Below are positions 8,838 through 17,802 of a DNA stretch of 64,000 nt, one piece after another. The notes beneath the pieces were generated by a model, which was not told the origin of the DNA, searched no databases, and worked only from the letters and a program-made list of their open reading frames with translations. The stretch is from Patescibacteria group bacterium. Its GTDB lineage: Bacteria; Patescibacteriota; Gracilibacteria; UBA1369; PNNO01. The stretch is from the NCBI GenBank assembly GCA_042577965.1, contig JBHPDK010000003.1, positions 9,266 through 73,265 of the forward strand, given 5' to 3'. Position 1 is the first letter of the stretch; each line of letters begins with the position of its first letter. A program made the translations under genes and the position numbers.

Positions 8838-9809
8838 TTAGTGTCCATGTTCTTTACTCCATCCCTTATAAACGATGTAGTAGAACAGAACGCTTATTGG
8901 AGCTAATACAGCAGCAACTATAAAATTGAAAATTAACTGCCAGATAACCAGAGCTTCCATACTTCCTGCTAATGCTCTTGCAATTGGTGTTAATATTACA
9001 CCCATTACAACTCCTGAAATAATTCCAATAACAAGTCCAAATACAATCAAATATCCGATTAATCTCCAGATGTTTCCTTTTGTAATTTTTAAACTCTTTT
9101 CAAGTGCTTCTTTTGTTCCGATTTTTGGATCATCAAATAAAACATAAAAAGAGAACATTGCACGTAATGATCTGTAAATTACAAATACAAATAGTACTAA
9201 GAAAACCAATCCAACAATTGGATTAGACATAAATGCCGGAGTGAAATCAAAATCGCCTGATTCAAATCCACTAAAGTCCATTGCTTCCATAGCTGCAAGT
9301 CCTTCGGCATCATAACTATCCATAAATTCTGCTAACTCAGCTGGAATTTCAGTACCTTGAGCATTTGCAGTCCCTCCTGCGAATCCAAGTAAAGGTACAA
9401 GAATCATAAGTAAAATTAATACCCATGCTAATGAATACCAGAAAACGCGAAGTCCAAGAATTACATAATCCCAAACTCTGCTAAACGCAAATTTTAAACA
9501 TTCCATAATAGTGATTTTCTGACCACCATAAACAGCAGAAGAAGCTTTAATCATGCCTCCTAAGCTAAGTGCTCCAACAATAATTGAAACAGCAATGTAG
9601 AGTAGAAATACAAGGCCCATTAGACTAACAAAAGCCATTAAATCTCCTCCAAAAAGAGCCATTGGAATAGATAGAAGTATTCCTGATGGAATAAGGATTG
9701 CGTTGAAAATGATAAGTACAAGCATTGCAGCAACATAAACACCTGAAAAAAGCAAAGGCTTTTTAAAGTAGGTTTTGAAGCTGCCGCCCAGGGCTGTTCC
9801 TAGTTTCAT
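8838..9809 (-). CDS. Hypothetical polytopic membrane protein
   Basis: 323 aa with at least 6 hydrophobic spans and an acidic loop. No recognisable catalytic motif. Sits antisense between mutS and mutL. Confidence 0.5.
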   Translation of the reverse strand: MKLGTALGGSFKTYFKKPLLFSGVYVAAMLVLIIFNAILIPSGILLSIPMALFGGDLMAFVSLMGLVFLLYIAVSIIVGALSLGGMIKASSAVYGGQKITIMECLKFAFSRVWDYVILGLRVFWYSLAWVLILLMILVPLLGFAGGTANAQGTEIPAELAEFMDSYDAEGLAAMEAMDFSGFESGDFDFTPAFMSNPIVGLVFLVLFVFVIYRSLRAMFSFYVLFDDPKIGTKEALEKSLKITKGNIWRLIGYLIVFGLVIGIISGVVMGVILTPIARALAGSMEALVIWQLIFNFIVAAVLAPISVLFYYIVYKGWSKEHGH

Positions 9810-9895
9810 AGGAAGGGTTGGTTAGGTATACTTCACTGACTATATATTATTTTTTCTTGTTTTTAAAGTTTTATTGCATTATTTTCTTAAGCACT

Positions 9896-11614
9896 ATGAG
9901 CATAATCAAAATCCTACCTGAAAATCTGGTTAATCAAATTGCAGCTGGTGAGGTTGTTGAACGGCCTGCTTCGGTTGTAAAAGAGCTTTTAGAAAACTCT
10001 ATTGATGCGGGCGCAACGCGAATTACTTTGGAAGTTACTGGCGCTGGAGATGAAATGATTAAAATTACAGATAATGGAAGTGGGATGGATCGTGATGATG
10101 CCAGGCTGGCTTTTGAACGTCATGCCACGAGTAAAATTTCTTCAAAAGATGACCTTTTTAATATTTCGAGTCTTGGATTTAGAGGCGAGGCGATTGCAAG
10201 TATTGCTTCGGTTAGTCATGTAGTGTTGAAAACTAAAAGACGCGAAGATTCTATTGGTACTTTGATTTCATGTATAGGTGGGGAAATTGAAAAAAATGAG
10301 GATGTTAGTTGCAGTGATGGCACTCAAATTGAGATTCGAAATCTTTTTTATAATACTCCGGCACGTAAAAAATATTTAAAAACGCCCTCAACTGAATATC
10401 AGCATGTTATAGCGGTTTTTCAAGGCATTACCTTGATGCATCCTGAAGTTCATTTTAAGCTTATTCATAATGAAAAAGCATCGTTTGAGTATCCAAAAGT
10501 GGGCGAATTGATTGATCGTGTGCGGGATGTTTTAGGAAAAAATGTTTCTGAAAATCTGCTGCCGATTTTTTATGGAGGAAGCGAAATTCAATTACAGGGA
10601 TTTATTGGAAAACCTGAACTCAGTCGAAAAGGAAGCAAGCATCAGTATTTGTTTGTGAATGACCGTCATATAAATCATCATTTGTTTAGTTATGCTTTGG
10701 CAGAGGCTTATCATTCTTTGTTAATGGATGGAAAAAAGCCATTTTATTTAATTAATATTAAGATTAATCCGGCTTTGATTGATGTAAATGTTCATCCGAG
10801 AAAGTTAGAAATTAGATTTCAGAATCAAAATGAATTATTTAAAATTCTTTCGGGAGCAGCAAAAAAAACTTTAGAGAAAAATGTGCTAATGCCCTCATTC
10901 AGAGAACATCGCACGCATGAATCCCCATCCGAAAATCAAATAAAAGCAGTTCTGGATTTTACACAAAAAATAACAGGAGGCGCCCCTGAAATTGGTCGTC
11001 TTAATAAATATTCATACAAACAGGAAGAGCCAGAAGAGCTTAGCATGAAGCCATTAACTCAAATAGCGAAATCGTATATTTTAGCAGAGAATGAAGAAGG
11101 TTTAGTGTTGATTGATCAACATGCAGCGCATGAAAGAGTTCGCTACGAAGAATTAATAAACCAGCTTGAAAAGAAGTCGCCAGAAAAGCAGCAACTTTTA
11201 CTTCCTTTAGAAATCGAACTGTCTGCTTTAGAAGTTGAAATGTTTGAAAATAATAAAAAGGTTTTTGAGGATTTAGGATTTGAAATTGAAAGCTTTGGTG
11301 GAAACACATTTATAATTCACGCTGTGCCATCCCCTATATCAAATGAAAATATTCAAAATATTTTACAAGAGGTTTTAGCTGATTTAAGTGATGACAAATC
11401 AACGCGCGCAGTTAAAAATCCACAGGAAAAAGTGCTTGAATACATGGCATGCAGAAGCGCTATAAAATTCGGCAAAGATTTGAGTTATAATGAGATGGTA
11501 GAGCTAATTAAACAGGTGGACAAACTAAAACGTCCATATACTTGTCCACATGGCAGGCCATCTATGGTAAAATTGACTTACCATGAATTAGAAAAAATGT
11601 TTAAACGGAAATAA
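9896..11614 (+). CDS. mutL: DNA mismatch repair protein MutL
   Basis: IKILPENLVNQIAAGEVVERPASVVKELLENSIDAGA (GHKL ATPase). C-terminal CPHGRP motif. Start trimmed to ATG 9896; the track start is an upstream alternative codon. Confidence 0.95.
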   Translation: MSIIKILPENLVNQIAAGEVVERPASVVKELLENSIDAGATRITLEVTGAGDEMIKITDNGSGMDRDDARLAFERHATSKISSKDDLFNISSLGFRGEAIASIASVSHVVLKTKRREDSIGTLISCIGGEIEKNEDVSCSDGTQIEIRNLFYNTPARKKYLKTPSTEYQHVIAVFQGITLMHPEVHFKLIHNEKASFEYPKVGELIDRVRDVLGKNVSENLLPIFYGGSEIQLQGFIGKPELSRKGSKHQYLFVNDRHINHHLFSYALAEAYHSLLMDGKKPFYLINIKINPALIDVNVHPRKLEIRFQNQNELFKILSGAAKKTLEKNVLMPSFREHRTHESPSENQIKAVLDFTQKITGGAPEIGRLNKYSYKQEEPEELSMKPLTQIAKSYILAENEEGLVLIDQHAAHERVRYEELINQLEKKSPEKQQLLLPLEIELSALEVEMFENNKKVFEDLGFEIESFGGNTFIIHAVPSPISNENIQNILQEVLADLSDDKSTRAVKNPQEKVLEYMACRSAIKFGKDLSYNEMVELIKQVDKLKRPYTCPHGRPSMVKLTYHELEKMFKRK

Positions 11615-13699
11615 TTACTCCCTCCCCCACAGCGAAGCAAAGTGCTGATCACCTATTAAAGTTGTTTCGTATTTAATTACATCGCCTTTATCGTACATTA
11701 TCTCTTCAGGATAAGTGCGGTAATTTACTACACGCGGGTCTGCAATTAAACGTTTAATAAATCGAACGTCATTTAAAAGGCCTGGTTGTTTTTGGACAGT
11801 TAAACGGTATTCGTCTGCGACTTCTAAATCTAAATTATATGGAAGTTGATAAGTTAATGTAACTCGCGAAGTGTTTTGAGGCGCTACTTCACTGGTAAAA
11901 TAAAAATATCCTTTATCAACCGACTCTTCATATCCAACTTTTACATCAGCAAGTTCAACTCCCAAGGCATCTACAAGCTTAGCACCCTCTGGAACATAAA
12001 TTTTTAAAACTGATTTATTATTGCCGCGGCCAAGGATATTTTGAATCCATTCCGGAATGTCTTCGTAGCCAAATGGTGCTAATTGATCACGCCATTTAAG
12101 AATCACTGATGGATCCCATGTGTGCTCGCGCTCGATTGTAACAATATTATTAATTGTGCCTCCTTTTTCAATTAAAGTTTCGTGGGTAATAGTTGTATTT
12201 AGATACATATCACTTTTGTTGCCGCCGATATTAATTGAGCTTAAGGCAAAATAATCTTCATCATCTGCGAGACGGGTCATGTTTCCGCTCATTCCGATTT
12301 CAGTAAAAAAATGCTGAATATTATCGTCTTTTGACCATCCAAGAACGTTTTTACGCATGATTTCTTTTTGAATAACAGCAATAATGTTTTTAAAATATGC
12401 TTCGTCCGTAAGTTTTTCCTGTAGTTTTGGCATTACTCTATCAAGCACTTTTTTAGGTGATGTATCGCCTTCCAGTTTTGATTCAACAATGTAAGTTAGA
12501 ACCGTGTTGAAGTTTGAGGCGTCGAGCTGAGCATCCAATCCATCAATATCAATTGGGCCTGTAATGCTAAGTAAATCGCCAAGTAAGCTTTGGTTAATTG
12601 CAATAACTGTGTCGACCCCTGGGCCGCCCTCTTTTTCTAAGAACCATGCAGCCTGCTTTGCTGAAACCTCGAAATCAGGTGAAAAATTTGAATCGCGCAT
12701 TCGCCAGTTTGTTGTAAGTTCTGCGATTTCTTCAGGCGCTGGAATATGCTCATTTAGCTGACCATCAAAATCATAAATATCATGAAAATCAGCTTTAGTA
12801 ATGTAACCGTCATTTACATCAATAATTAAAAAACTGCCTATAAAACCACCTGTTGGACGAGATTCTGTGTTATTTTGAAATAAAATTAAATATCTGTGAG
12901 GATAGCGGTCGCCAAGCATCGAAAGAACTGCAGGAACTCTTTTTTGAAGTTCACCTAATACCTGGATGAGCTGATCTAAGCGGTCTTTTATATTGCTTGG
13001 TAGAATCAGGTCAGGCGCAGTACTAATTTTATTTTTTGCATCCTGAACGTCTTCGTATGCTAAATTAAATAAATTAAGTGAAGATTTAAGCTTTTCTGTT
13101 AATGAAACTTTTGCGCTTACTTCCTGATCTTTTAAAGCATTGTTTTCTAAAAATTGGATTGGAATTTCAGAAAGCCCACTCATGCCCTGTGTAAAATATG
13201 AAGCTGCGTCAGACAAATTTTCACCTGCTTCAAGTAAAGCATATGCTGTATCTGCTAAAGTTTCTTTTGCACCAATTTTAGTTTGGGTTCCTAAAAACCA
13301 GACTTCTTCTTTGGCTTTTTCAAAGGCAAAACTGGCAGATTCAAAATACTGAACAGCTCCTCCGAAATTAGAATCAACTGCGTCTTTTCCACCTTCAATA
13401 AAACTCTCATATCCTGTGAATGCATTTGCGGAAGCTTCTCCTGCAATTGTAAAAATACGGTTACCAACCTGCATTAAATTAAATACAAAAAGCACTAAAA
13501 CCGCCATCACAATAAAACCAAAATAATTTTTATTAAAGGCGCTACTAAAAAATTTTTTCTCTTCTGGCTGATGAATAATTGTAAAATCCTCTTTTTTCTG
13601 CTTCTTTTTCTTTTCTACTTTAAGCTCACGTTTTTTTTCCATATCCAGGATAAGGATTTTATTATGATCTCGCCTTTTAATATCCCTGACAATGGGCAT
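11615..13699 (-). CDS. DUF4012 domain-containing membrane-anchored protein
   Basis: N-terminal TM plus RYLILFQNNTESRPTGGFIGSFLIIDVNDG, the hallmark DUF4012 core. Its start overlaps the upstream stop by 1 nt (TAATG). Confidence 0.75.
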   Translation of the reverse strand: MPIVRDIKRRDHNKILILDMEKKRELKVEKKKKQKKEDFTIIHQPEEKKFFSSAFNKNYFGFIVMAVLVLFVFNLMQVGNRIFTIAGEASANAFTGYESFIEGGKDAVDSNFGGAVQYFESASFAFEKAKEEVWFLGTQTKIGAKETLADTAYALLEAGENLSDAASYFTQGMSGLSEIPIQFLENNALKDQEVSAKVSLTEKLKSSLNLFNLAYEDVQDAKNKISTAPDLILPSNIKDRLDQLIQVLGELQKRVPAVLSMLGDRYPHRYLILFQNNTESRPTGGFIGSFLIIDVNDGYITKADFHDIYDFDGQLNEHIPAPEEIAELTTNWRMRDSNFSPDFEVSAKQAAWFLEKEGGPGVDTVIAINQSLLGDLLSITGPIDIDGLDAQLDASNFNTVLTYIVESKLEGDTSPKKVLDRVMPKLQEKLTDEAYFKNIIAVIQKEIMRKNVLGWSKDDNIQHFFTEIGMSGNMTRLADDEDYFALSSINIGGNKSDMYLNTTITHETLIEKGGTINNIVTIEREHTWDPSVILKWRDQLAPFGYEDIPEWIQNILGRGNNKSVLKIYVPEGAKLVDALGVELADVKVGYEESVDKGYFYFTSEVAPQNTSRVTLTYQLPYNLDLEVADEYRLTVQKQPGLLNDVRFIKRLIADPRVVNYRTYPEEIMYDKGDVIKYETTLIGDQHFASLWGRE

Positions 13700-15450
13700 T
13701 ATTGGATTGTAATGTTAGTAATTGTTGAAATTCCGTCTTTAAAATAGTTTTTTCCGATACTTAAATATTTAAATGGCTCAATATAGGGGTCCATCCATTC
13801 AAATCCCTCAACTTTATAATTCTGTAATACATGATCCAAATCAAAAAACATTACTTCATCTGATGTTCTTATTACCGGCTGAATGCTTTCACGGGAAACA
13901 GGCCCTGCGTTAAAGCTTTCATTTTTATTTATAAACAAATCAATTGTCTGCTTCATTGAATCGAGCTTTGTTGTAATTATTAATTTATCATCAAGAATCA
14001 AATAATAAACTCCCCAAAGCTGAGTGCCAACATTTAAAACGTCAATTATATAACCTTTATATTCTTCCTGGGATTTAGTTATTTCTTCAGGAACAGTTTG
14101 AATTTCTTTTGAAATAGTTCCGTCTTCAAGTTCAACTTCAACAACTTTTGGAGATAAAAGTGCGCTTTTTCTTATAAAACTTTCAGCAATAACCTCAATT
14201 TTATCTTTATCGCGAAGAGGATCTTTAAGCCCTAAAACGATTGTTGTGGCCTGATCATCGCCTTCACCGTTTACAGCGATCAAATACTCACTTTGCATTA
14301 AAGGGTACAGATCTTCCTCTAAATTAATTTCCTCTCCAAAATATTCATTTTTAATAGAACGAAGAGCTCCTTCAAAAATCAAATAAGATACCTCGCCACC
14401 AACATTAAATATTTCTGAATATCTGTGAAACTGTTTTTGTAAATTAAGTCCACCAGCGTAAAGTTTTACATCCTGAGGAACCAAATCTAAAAAATGTGCT
14501 CTGAATTTACTATCAAAATTTAAAAAGTCACGACCTTCGAGATAATTATCATCAAGCATTGTAAAGCTTTGAACAGCAATATTATTGCTTTCCATTAAAG
14601 CAGTTGTGCCATATGCTTTGTAAATTCTTAAAAATGGTTCAAAAGCCAGAAGCTCACGGCCTTTTTCACTCATAAACTGATCATTATACTTTAGAAACTT
14701 AATTAGTTTTTCAATATCCACATAAGTAAAAACCAAAGTTGTAATAGGTAAATTCTGGCTAACTTTCTGATACTGCGGTTTTTCAATTAACTTAAGCTCT
14801 GAAGTTTTATCAGTATCGATTATTGTTTTTAAAACTTCATCATTATCAGCAACAATCAGATAATTATTTAAGAAAACAAAATTAAAAGTCTGGCTTAATG
14901 CGTATCTGTAAATATCAGCACCTTTGTAATTATCTGCAATTAAATAATCTTCCTTACTCTGCAAGCCTCTTGATTCCAGGAACTTCTTTGTTTCACCTTT
15001 ATCACGTGTTTCAACAAAGAATACAACATCAAATTCGCCATCTGCCTTAGGTTTTTCTAAAAGTGCGGCTCCAACCTGCCTGTTAAGCCATGGTTCCACA
15101 TCTTCTTCAAAATTAATTTCAAACTTTTCATTAAGTATATTTTGAATTGAAGTTGGATGATAAACTTCAAATTTATTTAAAATACTATAAAATCTTTTAA
15201 TCTGTTCATGCCTTGGATTCACGTTTATCTGCACTAATCCAATTGTTGAATCTTTTGGAAGCATTGTTGCAAAATCAATTGGCCGAAAAACTCTTGAAAC
15301 TGTATAAAAAATCACGAATAAAAGCAGAAAAACACCAATTAAACCAATTAAAAGACCAAGGATTCTTCTTTTAAAATTCTCTTTTTGCTGAGGGCTTTTG
15401 GGTTCTTTAATTTTTTTCGGTTTTTTTTCTTTAGTTTCCTTTGTACTCAT
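13699..15450 (-). CDS. Hypothetical N-terminally anchored protein (possibly DUF3352-like)
   Basis: About 583 aa from ATG 15450: a Lys-rich N-terminus, one TM helix, then a large soluble domain. Translationally coupled to the DUF4012 gene. The family call is tentative. Confidence 0.45.
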   Translation of the reverse strand: MSTKETKEKKPKKIKEPKSPQQKENFKRRILGLLIGLIGVFLLLFVIFYTVSRVFRPIDFATMLPKDSTIGLVQINVNPRHEQIKRFYSILNKFEVYHPTSIQNILNEKFEINFEEDVEPWLNRQVGAALLEKPKADGEFDVVFFVETRDKGETKKFLESRGLQSKEDYLIADNYKGADIYRYALSQTFNFVFLNNYLIVADNDEVLKTIIDTDKTSELKLIEKPQYQKVSQNLPITTLVFTYVDIEKLIKFLKYNDQFMSEKGRELLAFEPFLRIYKAYGTTALMESNNIAVQSFTMLDDNYLEGRDFLNFDSKFRAHFLDLVPQDVKLYAGGLNLQKQFHRYSEIFNVGGEVSYLIFEGALRSIKNEYFGEEINLEEDLYPLMQSEYLIAVNGEGDDQATTIVLGLKDPLRDKDKIEVIAESFIRKSALLSPKVVEVELEDGTISKEIQTVPEEITKSQEEYKGYIIDVLNVGTQLWGVYYLILDDKLIITTKLDSMKQTIDLFINKNESFNAGPVSRESIQPVIRTSDEVMFFDLDHVLQNYKVEGFEWMDPYIEPFKYLSIGKNYFKDGISTITNITIQ

Positions 15451-15550
15451 ATATATAAATTTATTAAAGTTTGTGTGGATACAATATGGCAAAAATCCTT
15501 GTTAAATACAAGAAAATTCTCTAGAATCATGGGTGCTAATTACGATGCAA

Positions 15551-15599
15551 ATTACTCAGTAATCCAGGATTACCCGGTAATCTGCAATTACCCGGTAAT
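15551..15599. repeat. Three 13-bp palindromes (ATTACTCAGTAAT, ATTACCCGGTAAT, ATTACCCGGTAAT) spaced by 5 nt (18-bp period)
   Basis: Direct reading: copies at 15551-15563, 15569-15581, 15587-15599. Lies in the divergent region between the 13699-15450(-) gene and alaS(+). Confidence 0.85.
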
Positions 15600-15609
15600 T
15601 TATTAAATT

Positions 15610-17412
15610 ATGAAAGCTTCAGAGCTCCGGCAAAGATATATCGACTTTTTCGTTAAAAAATATGATCATAAAGAGATAAAAGGTGCGTCTTTGATACCGG
15701 AAAATGATCCGACAGTTTTGTTTACTACTGCAGGTATGCATCCTTTAGTTCCTTTTTTATGCGGAGAAAAGCATCCAGCAGGCGTGAGGCTTGTAAATTA
15801 TCAAAAATGTGTGCGAACTGATGACATTGATGAAGTTGGCGATCTAACTCACTGTACTTTTTTTGAAATGCTCGGAAACTGGAGCCTTGGAGATTATTTT
15901 AAAAAGGAAGCGATTGAGATGTCTTATGAATTCCTAACTGAAGAATTGGGATTTGATCCAAAAAAAATTCTGGTTTCATGTTTTGAAGGTGACAACGATG
16001 CGCCAAAAGACGAAGAGGCTGCAAAAGTTTGGGAATCATTGGGATTTCATCGGGCTGAAAAAGGTGAATCTTGCAAAGGCAGACTCATTTATTTCTATGG
16101 GAAAGAAGAAAACTGGTGGGGTCCAGCTGGATTAACTGGTCCATGCGGCCCTGATACTGAAATTTTTTATGAAACTGATGCAGAAAAATGTTCTGATTGT
16201 GATAAAAATGGACCGGCATGCGAATGCGGCAAATATTTTGAAATCTGGAATAATGTTTTTATGCAATATAATAAAAAAGAAGATGGAAGTTTTGAAGAAC
16301 TGAACCAGAAAAATGTTGATACAGGCCTTGGACTTGAAAGAGTTACAGCTTTATTGCAAGGCGTTAAATCGCATTATGATACTGAGCTTTTTAAAGATGC
16401 ATTTGAAAAAATTCGTGAACTTGCAGGCAGTAAAGGTAAAGAGATTTCTGAGCGAATAATTGCTGATCATTTGCGCGCAGCAGTATTTATTTTAGGTGAT
16501 CCTTTTGGAGTTGCTCCTTCAAATACTGATCAGGGATATATTTTAAGACGTTTAATAAGGCGTGCAATCCGCCATGGGAAAAAAATGGGAATTGAAGGCG
16601 CTTTTTGCGAAGAGATTGCGAAAATTTACATAAATCTATATAGCCCGGTCTATCCTGAACTTGAGCAATTTAAAGATAAAATCCTTGATGAACTAAAAAA
16701 AGAAGAAGAGCAATTCAGCAGAACTTTAATTAAAGGAGAGCGTGAATTTGAAAAAATGCTTCCGAATTTAATGAAAAGCAAAGAGCCTGTTTTGCCAGGC
16801 CGACTTGCTTTTAAACTATATGACACTTATGGATTCCCAATTGAGATGACAGAGGAATTGGCTGAAGAAAACGGTTTAAAAGTTGATCGCGAGGGTTTTG
16901 ATAAAGCCTATGAAAAGCACCAGGAAATGTCACGCGCTGGTGCAAAAGAAAAATTTGCAGGTGGCCTTGCTGATCACAGCGAACAAACAACTAAACTTCA
17001 CACTGCCACTCACTTGCTGCATCAAGCTTTAAGGCAGGTTTTAGGTGATCATGTTGAACAAAAAGGTTCAAATATTACGGTTGAACGTCTGCGATTTGAC
17101 TTTACTCATCCGGAAAAAGTCAGTCGCGAACAACTTGATGAAATTGAAGTAATTGTTAATGAGCAAATCGAGAAAGGTCTTGATGTTGAATGCGAAGAAA
17201 TGAGCACGGATGAAGCAAAATCAAAAGGCGCAATCGGACTTTTTGAATCAAAATACGGAGATAATGTAAAAGTTTATACAGTTGGAGATTTTTCATGTGA
17301 AATTTGCGGAGGGCCGCATGTAGAGAACACAAAGGATCTAGGGAAATTCAAAATTAAAAAGGAGCAATCATCAAGTGCGGGTGTGCGCAGAATTAAAGCT
17401 ACAATTGAATAA
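15610..17412 (+). CDS. alaS: Alanine--tRNA ligase, short form lacking the C-Ala domain
   Basis: N-terminal FTTAGMHPLVPF, editing-domain HxxxH (TATHLLHQAL) and CGGPHV. Ends after SSAGVRRIKA at 600 aa. Confidence 0.9.
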   Translation: MKASELRQRYIDFFVKKYDHKEIKGASLIPENDPTVLFTTAGMHPLVPFLCGEKHPAGVRLVNYQKCVRTDDIDEVGDLTHCTFFEMLGNWSLGDYFKKEAIEMSYEFLTEELGFDPKKILVSCFEGDNDAPKDEEAAKVWESLGFHRAEKGESCKGRLIYFYGKEENWWGPAGLTGPCGPDTEIFYETDAEKCSDCDKNGPACECGKYFEIWNNVFMQYNKKEDGSFEELNQKNVDTGLGLERVTALLQGVKSHYDTELFKDAFEKIRELAGSKGKEISERIIADHLRAAVFILGDPFGVAPSNTDQGYILRRLIRRAIRHGKKMGIEGAFCEEIAKIYINLYSPVYPELEQFKDKILDELKKEEEQFSRTLIKGEREFEKMLPNLMKSKEPVLPGRLAFKLYDTYGFPIEMTEELAEENGLKVDREGFDKAYEKHQEMSRAGAKEKFAGGLADHSEQTTKLHTATHLLHQALRQVLGDHVEQKGSNITVERLRFDFTHPEKVSREQLDEIEVIVNEQIEKGLDVECEEMSTDEAKSKGAIGLFESKYGDNVKVYTVGDFSCEICGGPHVENTKDLGKFKIKKEQSSSAGVRRIKATIE

Positions 17413-17422
17413 CAATTAAAAT

Positions 17423-17791
17423 ATGGTGAATTCATTACGCTGGGGAGCACGCATTCTTACAATTATATTTATACTTTTTATAAGTATGTTTTCAATTGAT
17501 GTATTTTTTGAAGGATACTTGTTTCCTGAAGTACTAATTGCATTATTTATGCATATGATCCCATCTTTTTTACTTATTGCTGCACTAATAATCGCCTGGA
17601 AATACCCCAAAATCGGTGGAATTATATTTATATTATTTGCACTTTTTACTATATTTTTCTTTAAGACTTGCAAGGAGGTAATAACTTTTTTAATAATTAC
17701 TTTACCTCCTGCTTTAATAGGTTTACTTTTTTTATATGAATCAATTAGATCAGATACAATCAGAAATAAAAAAACTTCAGGAAAGAAATAA
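17423..17791 (+). CDS. Hypothetical small membrane protein
   Basis: 122 aa with 4 hydrophobic spans. Confidence 0.4.
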   Translation: MVNSLRWGARILTIIFILFISMFSIDVFFEGYLFPEVLIALFMHMIPSFLLIAALIIAWKYPKIGGIIFILFALFTIFFFKTCKEVITFLIITLPPALIGLLFLYESIRSDTIRNKKTSGKK

Positions 17792-17802
17792 CCGGATAAA
17801 AC

